From: an uncultured bacterium
Lineage (GTDB): Bacteria; Patescibacteriota; Minisyncoccia; Phycocordibacterales; DATDWN01
NCBI GenBank assembly: GCA_963727715.1
Contig: CAVSGX010000007.1
Span: forward strand, 36,688-100,687
Length of the DNA: 64,000 nt
Direction of reading: 5' to 3'
Shown: positions 41,928-52,576 of the stretch, piece after piece
Layout: every line of letters starts with the position of its first letter
Numbering within the stretch: the first letter of the stretch is position 1
Notes under the pieces: generated by a model
What the model saw: the letters and a program-made list of their open reading frames with translations, nothing else
What the model was told of the DNA's origin: nothing
The model's database searches: none
Translations under genes and position numbers: made by a program

Positions 41928-43073
41928 ATGAAAATCGCTTTATTCACCGACACATTCATACCGCAGATAAATGGCGTGGCCAACACCGTTTTTCGTTCAG
42001 CCACAGCTTTATCCAAGCTCGGCCATGAAGTTTCAGTTTTCACCATTTCCAAACACAATACTGAGGAGTTGTTGATTTTTTCCGGAAATGATTTTGAGGT
42101 TGTTACTTTGCCATCGACCGGCGCTCTGGTTTACAAAGGTGAAAGATTGTCCGCCCCTGTCGGTTTTGCCCTAAGAAAAATAAGAAAAAATCGGCCAGAC
42201 ATTATTCACACTCACACGCCGTTTTCTGTTGGTTGGGAAGCAGTCATTTCAGCCAAAAGACTCGGCATCCCTTTGGTTGGGACACATCATACTTTTTTTG
42301 ATCATTATTTGAAATATGTTTTTTTGGATTTTGATTGGGCCAAAAAATTTTCATGGAAAGCGACGGTTGGTTATTATAATCGTTGCGATATGGTTGTCAG
42401 TCCGACACATTCTCTAGCTGATGGTCTTAGGGAAAATGGTTTGAAAAAAAATATCGAGATTGTGGTTAATTCTTTGGATGTTGAAAAATTCAGTCCGGAC
42501 AAAAATAAAAAAAGAGGAACAAAAAATTTGGTTTATATGGGCCGGATCGGCTACGAAAAAAGCATTGATGATGTCATAAAGGCCACGGCCATAATCAAAC
42601 AAAAAATTCCGGACATCAGATTGGAAATTATCGGCGACGGCCCGGAAAAAGAAAACTTGCGTAAATTGGCCGAAGAACTCGGTCTTTCCAAAAATGTTTC
42701 TTTCAGCGGATTTCTGCACGGTCAAGAGCTTGTCAGAGCTTTGCAGAAGGCCGATGTTTTTCTTTTGGGTAGCAAAAGCGAAAATATGCCTCTGTCCGTT
42801 TTGGAAGCTATGGCTGTTGGCTTGCCTATTGTGGCTGTATCTTCCCTAGGTCTTTTGGAAATAGTGGCCGGTGGAGAAAACGGTTTTTTGATCTCGCCGG
42901 ACAATCCGAAAGAAATGGCTGAAAAGACTATTCTGCTTTTGAACGATCAGGAAAAACTGAAAAAGTTTTCAGAAAAATCCAGAGAAATGTCACTTCTCTA
43001 TTCCGACGAATCATCCGCCAAAAAACTTTTAGTTATTTATGAAAAACTTATTAAAAACCATCTAAAAAAATAA
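41928..43073 (+). CDS. GT4 glycosyltransferase (diacylglycerol glucosyltransferase-like)
   Basis: FTDTFIPQINGV, IHTHTPF, GRIGYEK, ENMPLSVLEAMA. Confidence 0.88.
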   Translation: MKIALFTDTFIPQINGVANTVFRSATALSKLGHEVSVFTISKHNTEELLIFSGNDFEVVTLPSTGALVYKGERLSAPVGFALRKIRKNRPDIIHTHTPFSVGWEAVISAKRLGIPLVGTHHTFFDHYLKYVFLDFDWAKKFSWKATVGYYNRCDMVVSPTHSLADGLRENGLKKNIEIVVNSLDVEKFSPDKNKKRGTKNLVYMGRIGYEKSIDDVIKATAIIKQKIPDIRLEIIGDGPEKENLRKLAEELGLSKNVSFSGFLHGQELVRALQKADVFLLGSKSENMPLSVLEAMAVGLPIVAVSSLGLLEIVAGGENGFLISPDNPKEMAEKTILLLNDQEKLKKFSEKSREMSLLYSDESSAKKLLVIYEKLIKNHLKK

Positions 43074-43074
43074 A

Positions 43075-44088
43075 ATGAAAATTTGTTTATATTCCGAGTT
43101 TTATAAAATTTTCGGTGGCACGGAAAATATCGGCGGGGGACTCATATCGGCGCTGGAAAATCAAAAGAAAATGCTCAATTATTTGAATATTCCATTTACC
43201 GAAAAAATTGAAGAGGATTGGGATATTTTACAGGTCAACATCCCATGGCCAAAATCTCTGATGAAAGCAAAACGAGCCAAAAAAGACGGAAAGAAAGTTG
43301 TGATGTGGTCCCATGTGACGGTGGAGGATTTGCAAAAATCCATTGGTCTTTTCAAAATTATCCCCGGGCTTTCATGGTTGGTTAAAAAATATTTAACTTA
43401 CGCCTATTCCCTACCAGATATGGTTTTTTGCCCCACCCAATACACAAAAAACGTTTTGATTTCCTATGGTTTGCCAGCTGGAAAACTTTTCGTTCAATCA
43501 AACGCAGTTGACACAACAAAATTTTTCAAAAATTCTGACAAAAGAGATTCGTACCGCAAGAAATACAATTTGCAAGGTTTGGTCGTCGGCAACATAGCTT
43601 TGGTTATATACCGGAAAGGAACCGACACTTTTTTAAAAACGGCTTCAAAATTTCCGGAAAATAAATTTGTCTGGTTTGGAAAAATTTTCAGTAAAGTTTT
43701 TGTCCAAAAAACTTCAATGAAAACTCCGTCAAATGTTAGTTTTACTGGTTTTGTTGAAGATGCCAACTCGGCTTTGAATTCCATTGATATTTTTTTCTTC
43801 CCGTCATACGAAGAAAATCAGGGCATGGTTATTTTGGAAGCAGCTTGTCTTGGCTTGCCTATTTTGGTCCGCGATATCCCAGCCTATCAAGGGTGGCTTA
43901 AACACAATGAAAATTGTCTCAAAGCCGGAAACGATGAAGAATTTGAAAAATATTTGGGGCAACTTTTGACAGATGGGACTTTGCGTTTGCGTTTGAGCAG
44001 TGAAGCTCTGAAACTGGCCGAGAGAGAGAGCATCCCTGCCTTGGCCCAGAAATTGAAACTGGAATACGAAAGACTTTTAAAAATATGA
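43075..44088 (+). CDS. GT4 glycosyltransferase
   Basis: FFPSYEENQGMVILEA. Confidence 0.85.
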   Translation: MKICLYSEFYKIFGGTENIGGGLISALENQKKMLNYLNIPFTEKIEEDWDILQVNIPWPKSLMKAKRAKKDGKKVVMWSHVTVEDLQKSIGLFKIIPGLSWLVKKYLTYAYSLPDMVFCPTQYTKNVLISYGLPAGKLFVQSNAVDTTKFFKNSDKRDSYRKKYNLQGLVVGNIALVIYRKGTDTFLKTASKFPENKFVWFGKIFSKVFVQKTSMKTPSNVSFTGFVEDANSALNSIDIFFFPSYEENQGMVILEAACLGLPILVRDIPAYQGWLKHNENCLKAGNDEEFEKYLGQLLTDGTLRLRLSSEALKLAERESIPALAQKLKLEYERLLKI

Positions 44089-44882
44089 AAGAATATTTTT
44101 TTGAAGAAAGAGGAATATTTTACAGAAAAAACGATTTTGTCCAGGGTCGACCGACTTTGATTTTCATACATGGTGTTTCGGCCAGTTCTATTTATTGGGA
44201 GCCATACGAAAATAAATTCCAAAATCATTTCAATGTTTTGTCTCTGGACCTACGTGGCCATGGTAAATCAAAAAAATTTAAAAGATACGACGACTATAAA
44301 ATTAAAAATCTCGCCGATGACGTTTATGCGCTTTTATCGGAATTAAAAATAGAAAAACCGATTTTGATCTGCCATTCTTTCGCCACACTTGTAGCCTTGG
44401 AATTTATGTCCGAACAAGAAAATTTGCTTTCGGCCGCGGTTTTGCTCAGTCCTAATTATTCTGTCAAAAAAAATTGGTTTGGAAATTTTTTGAATTTTCT
44501 TTTTGAAAAAAATCTTATGCCACTTTTCTTTTGGCCTGAAATCAAGGGCCATGTTGACCATCAACGCTACCTCGGCACCGGCGATTGGAATTTTCGCCGT
44601 GTTTTTCAGGACATTTTGAAAACTGGTTTCCGAATTTATTTTTATTACATTGCTTCAATGTCCGGTTTTGATCGCCAAGATCTCCTGTCGAAAATAAAAA
44701 TTCCGACATTGATTATCCACGGCAAGAAAGACGGATATTTCCCAGTCCAAAACGCCATTTATATGGCTAGTATGACCCCCCATTCCGAGTTGCACCTTTT
44801 ATCAAAGGCTGACCATATTATTGTTCTAAACAATTTCCCAGAAATTTCCGAACTGATAGAGCGGTTTGTGCAAAAAATTTAA
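44085..44882 (+). CDS. alpha/beta hydrolase
   Basis: FIHG, DLRGHGKS, CHSFA, IIHGKKD. Confidence 0.85.
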   Translation: MKEYFFEERGIFYRKNDFVQGRPTLIFIHGVSASSIYWEPYENKFQNHFNVLSLDLRGHGKSKKFKRYDDYKIKNLADDVYALLSELKIEKPILICHSFATLVALEFMSEQENLLSAAVLLSPNYSVKKNWFGNFLNFLFEKNLMPLFFWPEIKGHVDHQRYLGTGDWNFRRVFQDILKTGFRIYFYYIASMSGFDRQDLLSKIKIPTLIIHGKKDGYFPVQNAIYMASMTPHSELHLLSKADHIIVLNNFPEISELIERFVQKI

Positions 44883-44900
44883 ACTGATACTATATATTAT

Positions 44901-45551
44901 ATGAAAGAAACGCTGATTTCATACAAAACTCACTTTAAGGATAAGAAATTCATCTGGTCAGTTATTATAGCCCTTCTTTTTTTAGCTGTATCTTTGGTTA
45001 TAAACTTTTACGCTGGAACATACGCTACGGAAAGCGCCAGTAGTCCGGTTACCGATATTATTCTTTCCAACACCAAAGCTTTTGATTTGGATGGTTTGTT
45101 CGTTTACGGTTCTCTTATTTTTTTCTTTTTCAGTTGCTTTATTTGTCTCAGGGACCCGGAAAAAATTCCATTCGCCGGTAAAAGCATCGCTTTGTTTATT
45201 ATTACCAGATCTATTTTTATCAGTATGACCCATATTGGACCGTTTCCGTCGCAAATAGCTATTCATTCGGATATTCTTTCAAAATTGACGTTTGGGGGTG
45301 ACTTATTTTTTTCTGGTCATACCGGTCTACCTTTTCTCTTGGCTTTGATTTTTTGGCAGAATAAAACCATCCGGAATATTTTCATCGCCTTTTCCCTATT
45401 TTTCGCCGTGGTTGTCCTTCTAGCTCATTTGCACTACACTATCGATGTGATGTCGGCATTCTTTATCACCTACACCATATTTCATATCGCCGAGTTTCTT
45501 TTTGCAAAGGAAAGGAAATTATTTTTCTCCGGTATGATTGGACAGCCCTAG
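44901..45551 (+). CDS. PAP2-related membrane protein
   Basis: GGDLFFSGHT, HLHYTIDV. Confidence 0.8.
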   Translation: MKETLISYKTHFKDKKFIWSVIIALLFLAVSLVINFYAGTYATESASSPVTDIILSNTKAFDLDGLFVYGSLIFFFFSCFICLRDPEKIPFAGKSIALFIITRSIFISMTHIGPFPSQIAIHSDILSKLTFGGDLFFSGHTGLPFLLALIFWQNKTIRNIFIAFSLFFAVVVLLAHLHYTIDVMSAFFITYTIFHIAEFLFAKERKLFFSGMIGQP

Positions 45552-45583
45552 ATTATTCCCGAGTAAAATTTCATTTTTAACAT

Positions 45584-46387
45584 ATGAAAACTCTTAAACG
45601 TCATACTAATTCAAGTTACCCTCACACTTTGTCTGAGAAATTGTATTCATTTTTTATCATGCCTCTTTTTCTTGTCGCTTTGATCTTCGTTGGCATCAAA
45701 ATTTTTCATCTACCATTTGTCAACTTATCCCCGTTATCTTTTTACGATATCGGCTTGGCGGCCTTTTTGACTTTGTCTCGCTTGCTTTTAGCTTATGCTA
45801 TGGCTATCATTGTGGCCATTCCTTTGGCTATTTTGGCCACACATTCCAAAACTGCTGAAAAAATTCTTTTGCCTTTATTTGATATTTTGGAATCAGTTCC
45901 AATCCTGGCCTTTTTCCCGGTTCTGATTTTTCTTTTCCTGAAATTCGGCGCGCTTAATATGGCTGCTGTTTTCATACTTTTTTTGAGCATGCTTTGGAAT
46001 ATTGTTTTCACCCTGGTTGGTGGCATAAAAATAATTCCGCAGGATATTATTTCGGCAGCCAAAGTTTTTAAAATAAACGGTTTTCAATATTTGCGTCGAG
46101 TTCTTTTGCCGGCCATTTTTCCGGAGATTGTCACTGGCTCCATTTTAGCTATGGCTCAAGGTTGGAACCTGATCATCGTGGCCGAAGTGATGCACACTTA
46201 TTTGCCCCACGGCACAGCAAGCCAAGACTTGTTCGGCCTCGGCAGTATTTTGGTGAACGCGGCGTCAAATGGCCAAAACAGTATTTTCCTGGTCACTTTG
46301 CTTGCGATGATTTTAATCATTGCTTTGTTTAATTTCTTTATCTGGCAAAAACTTTTGCATTACGCGCAGGAATTTAAATTTGAATAA
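45584..46387 (+). CDS. ABC permease (nitrate/sulfonate type)
   Basis: LESVPILAFFP, LLPAIFPEIVTG, WNLIIVAE. Confidence 0.85.
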   Translation: MKTLKRHTNSSYPHTLSEKLYSFFIMPLFLVALIFVGIKIFHLPFVNLSPLSFYDIGLAAFLTLSRLLLAYAMAIIVAIPLAILATHSKTAEKILLPLFDILESVPILAFFPVLIFLFLKFGALNMAAVFILFLSMLWNIVFTLVGGIKIIPQDIISAAKVFKINGFQYLRRVLLPAIFPEIVTGSILAMAQGWNLIIVAEVMHTYLPHGTASQDLFGLGSILVNAASNGQNSIFLVTLLAMILIIALFNFFIWQKLLHYAQEFKFE

Positions 46388-46388
46388 A

Positions 46389-47099
46389 ATGGAAAAAATA
46401 ATTTCTTTTGAAAATGTCGGCAAAATTTATCCCTTGGTCAAGGAAACGGCTTTGGTTGATGTTAATTTTTCGGTGGAGACGGGCCAGTTTGTTTGTATGG
46501 TTGGCGCTTCGGGCGGAGGCAAAACAACCATTTTGAAAATCATCGCCGGTTTGGAGAAAGAAACTTCCGGCAAAGTTATAAAACCGGACAACGTTTCCAT
46601 GGTTTTTCAATCCGGAGCGGTTTTCCCTTGGCTCTCTGTTTTTGACAATATCGCTATGCCACTTCAAGTCAAAAATCTTTCATACAGAGAAATTAAAAAA
46701 ACAGTGGATCAGCAAATGGAAATAATGGGGCTTTCGGCTTTCATTCAAAAACGACCGTCCGAACTTTCCGGCGGGCAACGCCAACGGGTCGGCATCGCTC
46801 GCGCTTTGGTCGTCAACCCTGATGTTCTTCTTTTGGATGAACCTTTTTCCGCTTTGGACGCCAAAACCACATCGGAATTGCACCAGGACCTCATAAAAAT
46901 CTGGAAAGAAACCGGCAAGACTATTGTTATGGTTTCGCATCTTATTGAGGAAGCCGTTTCTTTGGCCAGTAGAGTTCTCTTGGTTAAAAATAAAACCGTG
47001 GTTCATGAATTTGAAATCAATTTCCCTTATCCGCGACGCGAACAGCAGGAAGCTTTTATGTCCGAAGTGACAAAAATCCGAAAAGAGTTTTTCCTTTGA
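46389..47099 (+). CDS. ABC ATP-binding protein (nitrate/sulfonate type)
   Basis: GASGGGKTT, LSGGQRQR, LLDEPFSALD. Confidence 0.92.
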   Translation: MEKIISFENVGKIYPLVKETALVDVNFSVETGQFVCMVGASGGGKTTILKIIAGLEKETSGKVIKPDNVSMVFQSGAVFPWLSVFDNIAMPLQVKNLSYREIKKTVDQQMEIMGLSAFIQKRPSELSGGQRQRVGIARALVVNPDVLLLDEPFSALDAKTTSELHQDLIKIWKETGKTIVMVSHLIEEAVSLASRVLLVKNKTVVHEFEINFPYPRREQQEAFMSEVTKIRKEFFL

Positions 47100-47237
47100 A
47101 TTCCAAAACTCTTGTCTCGGAAAATCCTTTGCGGAGCACGCGTCAAAAATCTGCTGATTTTTGCGCTCACTCTCGCATCGTCGTGCTCCGAGAGTCTCCG
47201 CAAACGATTTTCACTCGCCGTAGTTTTGGAATTCAAA
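47095..47237. repeat. MITE/REP-like element with 16-bp terminal inverted repeats, family B
   Basis: tttgaattccaaaact / agttttggaattcaaa; shares GAATTCCAAAA terminus with the 41738 element. Confidence 0.7.
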
Positions 47238-47308
47238 ATTCATGTGACTGATAAGATGACTTGACAACCCCAACAACAAGAGTAGACTTATGCCGGAGGT
47301 TCGAAACA

Positions 47309-47749
47309 ATGCTACATCAATTTTACGCAGTTACATTGACTTCCATATATCTTGTGGGGGATAAAAAGGAAAATAGTCCTTACCCTTTCGCCCAAAAAAT
47401 CGCCCTAAAAGGAGAAAGTGGGATACCGGTTGGGAATGAACTAGAAAATGGCACAATGATTGCCATCGCCAAACAACTTCAGGCTTATATCCCCGAAGGA
47501 GGAGGTTTGACCTCTTTCGAGAGAAGACTTGAAATGGTTAATACAAGATATTGGGGGGGCCATTCATCCTACATAGTTGCTCTTTTCAAGACAGAAAAAG
47601 AAGCCGAGGAATGTCTTGGACAAGATAATCTCCAACCGTGTGATAATCGTTGGGTTGAGAAGACAAAAGAAATAATCGAAGAAATTGGAGAAAATCATCC
47701 GGCGTTTGAAGTTTGCAGATGGCATGATCTTGCTCTTTTAGAATCTTAA
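47309..47749 (+). CDS. hypothetical protein
   Basis: GGAGG RBS before MLHQFYAVT. Confidence 0.55.
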   Translation: MLHQFYAVTLTSIYLVGDKKENSPYPFAQKIALKGESGIPVGNELENGTMIAIAKQLQAYIPEGGGLTSFERRLEMVNTRYWGGHSSYIVALFKTEKEAEECLGQDNLQPCDNRWVEKTKEIIEEIGENHPAFEVCRWHDLALLES

Positions 47750-47800
47750 TTAATATAGATAAAATATTTGCGAGGCTTGAGAGCCCCGCAAATTTTTTAT

Positions 47801-48442
47801 TTAAATAATCCATTTGTACAAATTGAATCCCAAAATAGACCCGATGATTGGCGCCAAAAGATATGTCCAATTCATGGCGTGGAGTGAAAAGGCCACGGCT
47901 GGATTCAAAATACCAAACGAGCCGGCAAGCGAGGCAATAAGAATACCGAAAAGAAGTGAACTGCCGATAATGACGCCGGAAAAAGCGTGAGGAACTTTTT
48001 CATACGCCACCGCCGCTATGCCGAGAGTGAAGAACAATGTGCCCAAAGCTTCGGCGCAAAAAATAGCGACGGAAAAATGAGCCAGGGTTGGACTTGGTTG
48101 ATTCATATGGAAAAGAAGTGTGCCTGAGATTATAGCTAGCGAAGCACCAGCAAATTGAGAGACAATGTAACTGATAACATCCTGCCATTTAATTTTTCTA
48201 ACTGACCAAAGACCGATGGTAACAGCCGGATTTATGTGACAACCAGACAGTGGACCAATCAAATAAACAAAAAGACCGAAAGTCAGTCCGATTATTACCG
48301 GCACGGGAAGAGGCAAGTTTTGACTTGTCACCGCCGCAAAAACAATAAAAGAGAGAGCAAATGTGCCGATCAGTTCGGCCAGATACATATTGTATTTTTT
48401 TATCCGCACACTAACATTGTCATTATTTTTTTGTTCTATCAT
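47801..48442 (-). CDS. aquaporin (MIP family)
   Basis: SGCHINPAVT and LNPA. Confidence 0.92.
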   Translation of the reverse strand: MIEQKNNDNVSVRIKKYNMYLAELIGTFALSFIVFAAVTSQNLPLPVPVIIGLTFGLFVYLIGPLSGCHINPAVTIGLWSVRKIKWQDVISYIVSQFAGASLAIISGTLLFHMNQPSPTLAHFSVAIFCAEALGTLFFTLGIAAVAYEKVPHAFSGVIIGSSLLFGILIASLAGSFGILNPAVAFSLHAMNWTYLLAPIIGSILGFNLYKWII

Positions 48443-48579
48443 AAAATTGTAATTAAATATTTTATTAAAAATGATTAAATGATAAATTGCTAATGCCTTT
48501 TTTGAAAAATGGGATCATAACAATGTTAGTGTGCGGATGAATTTAAAAAAATTATTTGATAATTTTATTCACGTGTTAA

Positions 48580-49161
48580 TTATATCATATTTTCTTTCAT
48601 TTTTCTTTTTTTGATAATTTTGACCAGCAAGTAAACAAGTGGCACAATCAAAATGACGGCTATGACATAATATTGCAGGTACGTTGGACCAAGACGCAGA
48701 GCCATTCGGCCAAAATAATAACCAATGGAAAGTAAAGCTAGTGATCGCAAAGCGTTTAGAATAAAAACAGACTCAAAAAAGCGACCAAGAGACATTTTTG
48801 AAACCCCCGCAGCTAACATAAAAACAGTGCCCAGACCATAAGAAACTTTGGCTACCAACATTGTTTTCCACGGTGACTTTTCATACCGCGCTTCCATTCT
48901 GTTTATCATTTCATCAGAAACTCTCAAAAATTTTAGTCTCTGTATCAAATTTCTGCCATTGCGGCCAATGATGTAAAAAATGGTGTCGGAAATGACATCC
49001 CCAAAATAAACCACCAAAAAAGCCGGCAAAAAAGCCAGAATGTGTCGCGAAACCAAAAAACCGGAAATGATAGTGATGATCGGCCCCTCCAAAACGGCTA
49101 TTGGAAAAATGGCAACATATTTGTAGTGAACAAAGAATCTGATGAGCACTCTGGTAGTCAT
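48580..49161 (-). CDS. DedA family membrane protein
   Basis: LEGPI, GDVISD..Y..GR. Confidence 0.85.
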   Translation of the reverse strand: MTTRVLIRFFVHYKYVAIFPIAVLEGPIITIISGFLVSRHILAFLPAFLVVYFGDVISDTIFYIIGRNGRNLIQRLKFLRVSDEMINRMEARYEKSPWKTMLVAKVSYGLGTVFMLAAGVSKMSLGRFFESVFILNALRSLALLSIGYYFGRMALRLGPTYLQYYVIAVILIVPLVYLLVKIIKKRKMKENMI

Positions 49162-49176
49162 TTGAATATTGTAACA

Positions 49177-50286
49177 TTATCTGATACTTTCATATCCGCC
49201 AAGAATTCCTTTTGGCGACAAAACCAACTGCCAAAGCTCAATGTCTCGCGCTCGAAAAGCGCCGGCGCATGACAGAAGATAATATTTCCACATTCTGTAA
49301 AATTTATCGCCGTAATTATTTTTTATTTTGTCCCAATTTTTGTTGAAATTTTCAAACCAAGCCATAAGTGTCAAATCATAATACGAACCAAAACTGTGAA
49401 AATCCTCCAAGACAAAAATCTTTTCTATTGATTTTCCTATTTGCGATATGGATGGTATAAGACCGTTTGGGAAAATATATTTGTCTATCCATGGTTCAGT
49501 GGCCGTGACGGATTTGTTACCACCGATGGTGTGCAAAAGAAAAAGTCCATCGTCTGCCAGACAGTTTTTGGCCATTTTCATAAAAGTCTTGTAATTTTTA
49601 CGGCCGACATGTTCAAACATACCGAGGGAAACCACTCGATCAAACTTGCCAGAGACATCGCGGTAATCCATAAATTTGAATTCCACCGGCAAACCTTTGC
49701 ATAATTCCCTGCCGAGTTTTATCTGTTCTCCAGAAACAGTAATGCCGACACAGCTAACTCCATATTTCTCTGCGGCAAATTTCATAAAACTACCCCAGCC
49801 ACAGCCGATGTCTAAAACTTTCATGCCGGGTTTGAGACCGACTTTGCGACAAACCAGATCCAATTTTTTTTCTTGAGCTTCATCCAAATTTTGCGCATCT
49901 TTCCAATACCCACAAGTGTAAACCATCCGTTTGTCCAACATAGCTTTGTACAAATCATTGCCAATATCGTAATGTTTTTTGCCGATTTCAGAAGCTTTGG
50001 ATTTTTTCTGTAAATTGAAAATTCTGGCCTTCAAGGAATGAAAAATTAAATCGGCCGTTATCACTTTATCGGCTAAATTGGCGCGAATAATTTTGAAAAA
50101 GAATTCGTCCAGATTCGGCACATCCCACCAACCCTCAACATAAGATTCTCCCAGACCGACAGAACCACTGGTCAAAACACGATCATAAAATTTCTCGTTG
50201 TGAACAACAATGTCCCATGGTTGTGTTCCACCGATTGTGATATCGGCTTCGGCTAAAATTTTTTCGGCAATTTGTTTTGATTTCAT
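49177..50286 (-). CDS. cfa: cyclopropane-fatty-acyl-phospholipid synthase
   Basis: HYDIGNDLY, YTCGYW, VLDIGCGWG, GMFEHVG, KYIFPNG. Confidence 0.95.
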   Translation of the reverse strand: MKSKQIAEKILAEADITIGGTQPWDIVVHNEKFYDRVLTSGSVGLGESYVEGWWDVPNLDEFFFKIIRANLADKVITADLIFHSLKARIFNLQKKSKASEIGKKHYDIGNDLYKAMLDKRMVYTCGYWKDAQNLDEAQEKKLDLVCRKVGLKPGMKVLDIGCGWGSFMKFAAEKYGVSCVGITVSGEQIKLGRELCKGLPVEFKFMDYRDVSGKFDRVVSLGMFEHVGRKNYKTFMKMAKNCLADDGLFLLHTIGGNKSVTATEPWIDKYIFPNGLIPSISQIGKSIEKIFVLEDFHSFGSYYDLTLMAWFENFNKNWDKIKNNYGDKFYRMWKYYLLSCAGAFRARDIELWQLVLSPKGILGGYESIR

Positions 50287-50295
50287 TTTTTTGAT

Positions 50296-51603
50296 TTAAA
50301 AACGAATAGGAGGTTTGCTCACAGTTTGGACAACTGCATTAATTAGATTAGTTGATCTGATGTGATTTTGCAACTGGGCTTTCCAGTTTTTTTGACCAAT
50401 GTCCACATCAGGCAAAACACCGTTCTGTTCTATCGGCTGGTTGTCGTCACGTAAAGTCAAATCTTTAACAATCAACAAAGAATAGCTTTTGTCCGGGTCA
50501 ATGACTGTTTTGATTGGAAAAGTGTCTTCTATTGTCCCCCAACCTCGAGTCTTTTGGCCAACCACTGTGGCTAGACGGAATCTTTTAAACATAGCGGTCA
50601 TAACTTCAGCTGTGGATTGAGTCATGCCGTCAGCCAAAACAGCGATCTCCTTATATCTCGAAAGTTCATCAAATTTTCCCGACGTGGTTCTTTCCACATC
50701 ATAATTCCCTTGGTGGAAAATATCGAAAGCATATTGGTTTTGGCCGACAAAAAGCCCGAAAAAATAAGGAGCAAAATCAAAAGATCCACCGATGTTGCCG
50801 CGCAAATCTATGATCATAGAATCAAGCGGTGTGGTACTGGCATTATCCACCGCTCTGGCAAATTCTTGAATTGTTGTTGGTGAAATTTTTTCAAAATACA
50901 AATAAAGGGTTGTGCCAACATTTCGGCTAAATACGGTTGGTTCCACCTTGTCCTGATCATAGAGAAATTTACTATTTTGGTTTGTCAGAACTTCTTCGGC
51001 ATAAGTGATTTGATCCAGTTGTGTTTTGGCCGAAGGAGATGTGCTGGCTTCCAGATCTGTTTTTTCTTTTTGATAAGCTGATTTGACATCTTCAATACTT
51101 GCTCCGTCTTGCAGACCGAGATTTTGATACAAATCATTTGATGGGTTAATGTTACTGACTTCCTGGCGCAAAGTTTTTTCCTGTGATGACGAAAGCAGGC
51201 TACCACGACCAGTCGGAGTCAAATTATACAAAGCAACAATGAGTGTATTGATCGCCAGCTGTCTTTCGGCATTGGTTGAGGTAGCATTTTGAAAAGTTGA
51301 AAAAAACATTTGGGCCGTGCCGGATCTGGTTGAAGTGGCAAGATTAGGCAAATCGGATAGATTGTCAGCTTTTTGCAAAGACAGCTGAAAAAGTTTCGCC
51401 AGGTCAGCTTCCCCGGCCTTCTGCCAATAATTTTGCAAAATCAAATCATAAGCTTCCATATCAAAACGAACAAAAGTGTTCGCTTCTTGCGGGGTTTTAT
51501 AATAAACAGCAGGTTTTTGCCAAAAATAAATTCCGGCCGAGCCGAAGATAATAACCAACACAATGCCGACAAAAAAATTGCGAATAATTTTCATAAAATA
51601 CAT
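50296..51603 (-). CDS. S41 peptidase-like protein with J-domain-like insert
   Basis: IIDLRGNIGG, QSTAEV, GVLPDV; DLYQNLGL..ASIEDVKSAY. Confidence 0.7.
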   Translation of the reverse strand: MYFMKIIRNFFVGIVLVIIFGSAGIYFWQKPAVYYKTPQEANTFVRFDMEAYDLILQNYWQKAGEADLAKLFQLSLQKADNLSDLPNLATSTRSGTAQMFFSTFQNATSTNAERQLAINTLIVALYNLTPTGRGSLLSSSQEKTLRQEVSNINPSNDLYQNLGLQDGASIEDVKSAYQKEKTDLEASTSPSAKTQLDQITYAEEVLTNQNSKFLYDQDKVEPTVFSRNVGTTLYLYFEKISPTTIQEFARAVDNASTTPLDSMIIDLRGNIGGSFDFAPYFFGLFVGQNQYAFDIFHQGNYDVERTTSGKFDELSRYKEIAVLADGMTQSTAEVMTAMFKRFRLATVVGQKTRGWGTIEDTFPIKTVIDPDKSYSLLIVKDLTLRDDNQPIEQNGVLPDVDIGQKNWKAQLQNHIRSTNLINAVVQTVSKPPIRF

Positions 51604-51677
51604 ATTTTATTCTACACCAAAAAAACAAAAAACAGAAGGTTTTATCCTCCTGTTTTTTGCCATAGTTTTGTTAATTT

Positions 51678-52487
51678 TTAAAAACCGAAAAGATGAGCAA
51701 AGAATTGACCAATACCGCCGAAGAAACTTTTATGCGGTGTGGTTGTCGAGCCTGTAGCTGGCTTGCTCTGATCAATAACAGTTGAGGCTGTTACAGAATT
51801 ACCGCTCACTGCGCCTTGTACCACCACTTGGTCGCCAACTTTCAAACCGGAGATGGTTATTGTTGTTGATCCTTGCAAGAATTTGGAATTTGTCACATCA
51901 ATGGTATATGTTACATTGCTTTTGTTCGTGATAGTTAATGTGTTGCCGGAAATGACTGTGATTGCCCCACCAATAACCGGCTGGCCATTCCCCGCAACCA
52001 AGTTCGCTACCCCACCACTGGCATTGCCAGAGTTTTGCGAACCTCCACTCTTATCTACACCAAAACCGCGTCCCATTACTCCATCATGAATGCTTGTGGC
52101 CGTGACATTTGTGCCACTTACCGTGCCCTGCACCGCGACACTATCTCCGATAGCAATAGCCGACACTGTGCTTGCGACACTGGCTTTAGTCACAGTGGCA
52201 TTTGTGGCGTCAACTGTGTATATCACAGTCGTGCTCGTCGGGGGTGTTCCTGTTATTGTTGATTTGACAAATTGTTTGCCCGTCACAGTCAAAATATCAC
52301 CATTTATGGCCGACACCGTGCCGACCACAGCTGGTCGTACCATCCCAGTTCCTCCATGCATACCCCCCCTAGGGCCCCAACCGGGCGATGCTCCTGTGGC
52401 TGTTTGGGCAAATGCCTGGCTGGCAAAACCAAGTCCAGTCATTGCAAATACCATTAAAACTCCTAAAATATATTTTTTCATATTCAT
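51678..52487 (-). CDS. secreted DUF5666-like repeat protein
   Basis: signal peptide; two repeats G.V..I.G..LT..YT.D..GD.V.VQG.VSG..VTA. Confidence 0.65.
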   Translation of the reverse strand: MNMKKYILGVLMVFAMTGLGFASQAFAQTATGASPGWGPRGGMHGGTGMVRPAVVGTVSAINGDILTVTGKQFVKSTITGTPPTSTTVIYTVDATNATVTKASVASTVSAIAIGDSVAVQGTVSGTNVTATSIHDGVMGRGFGVDKSGGSQNSGNASGGVANLVAGNGQPVIGGAITVISGNTLTITNKSNVTYTIDVTNSKFLQGSTTITISGLKVGDQVVVQGAVSGNSVTASTVIDQSKPATGSTTTPHKSFFGGIGQFFAHLFGF

Positions 52488-52576
52488 TTTTTAAAATTAA
52501 ATTAGCTGTTAACATAAAGACTCTCGCCTTTATGTATTAGGTACGCCTTATTGATTTAAAAAGTTGCATATTAATA

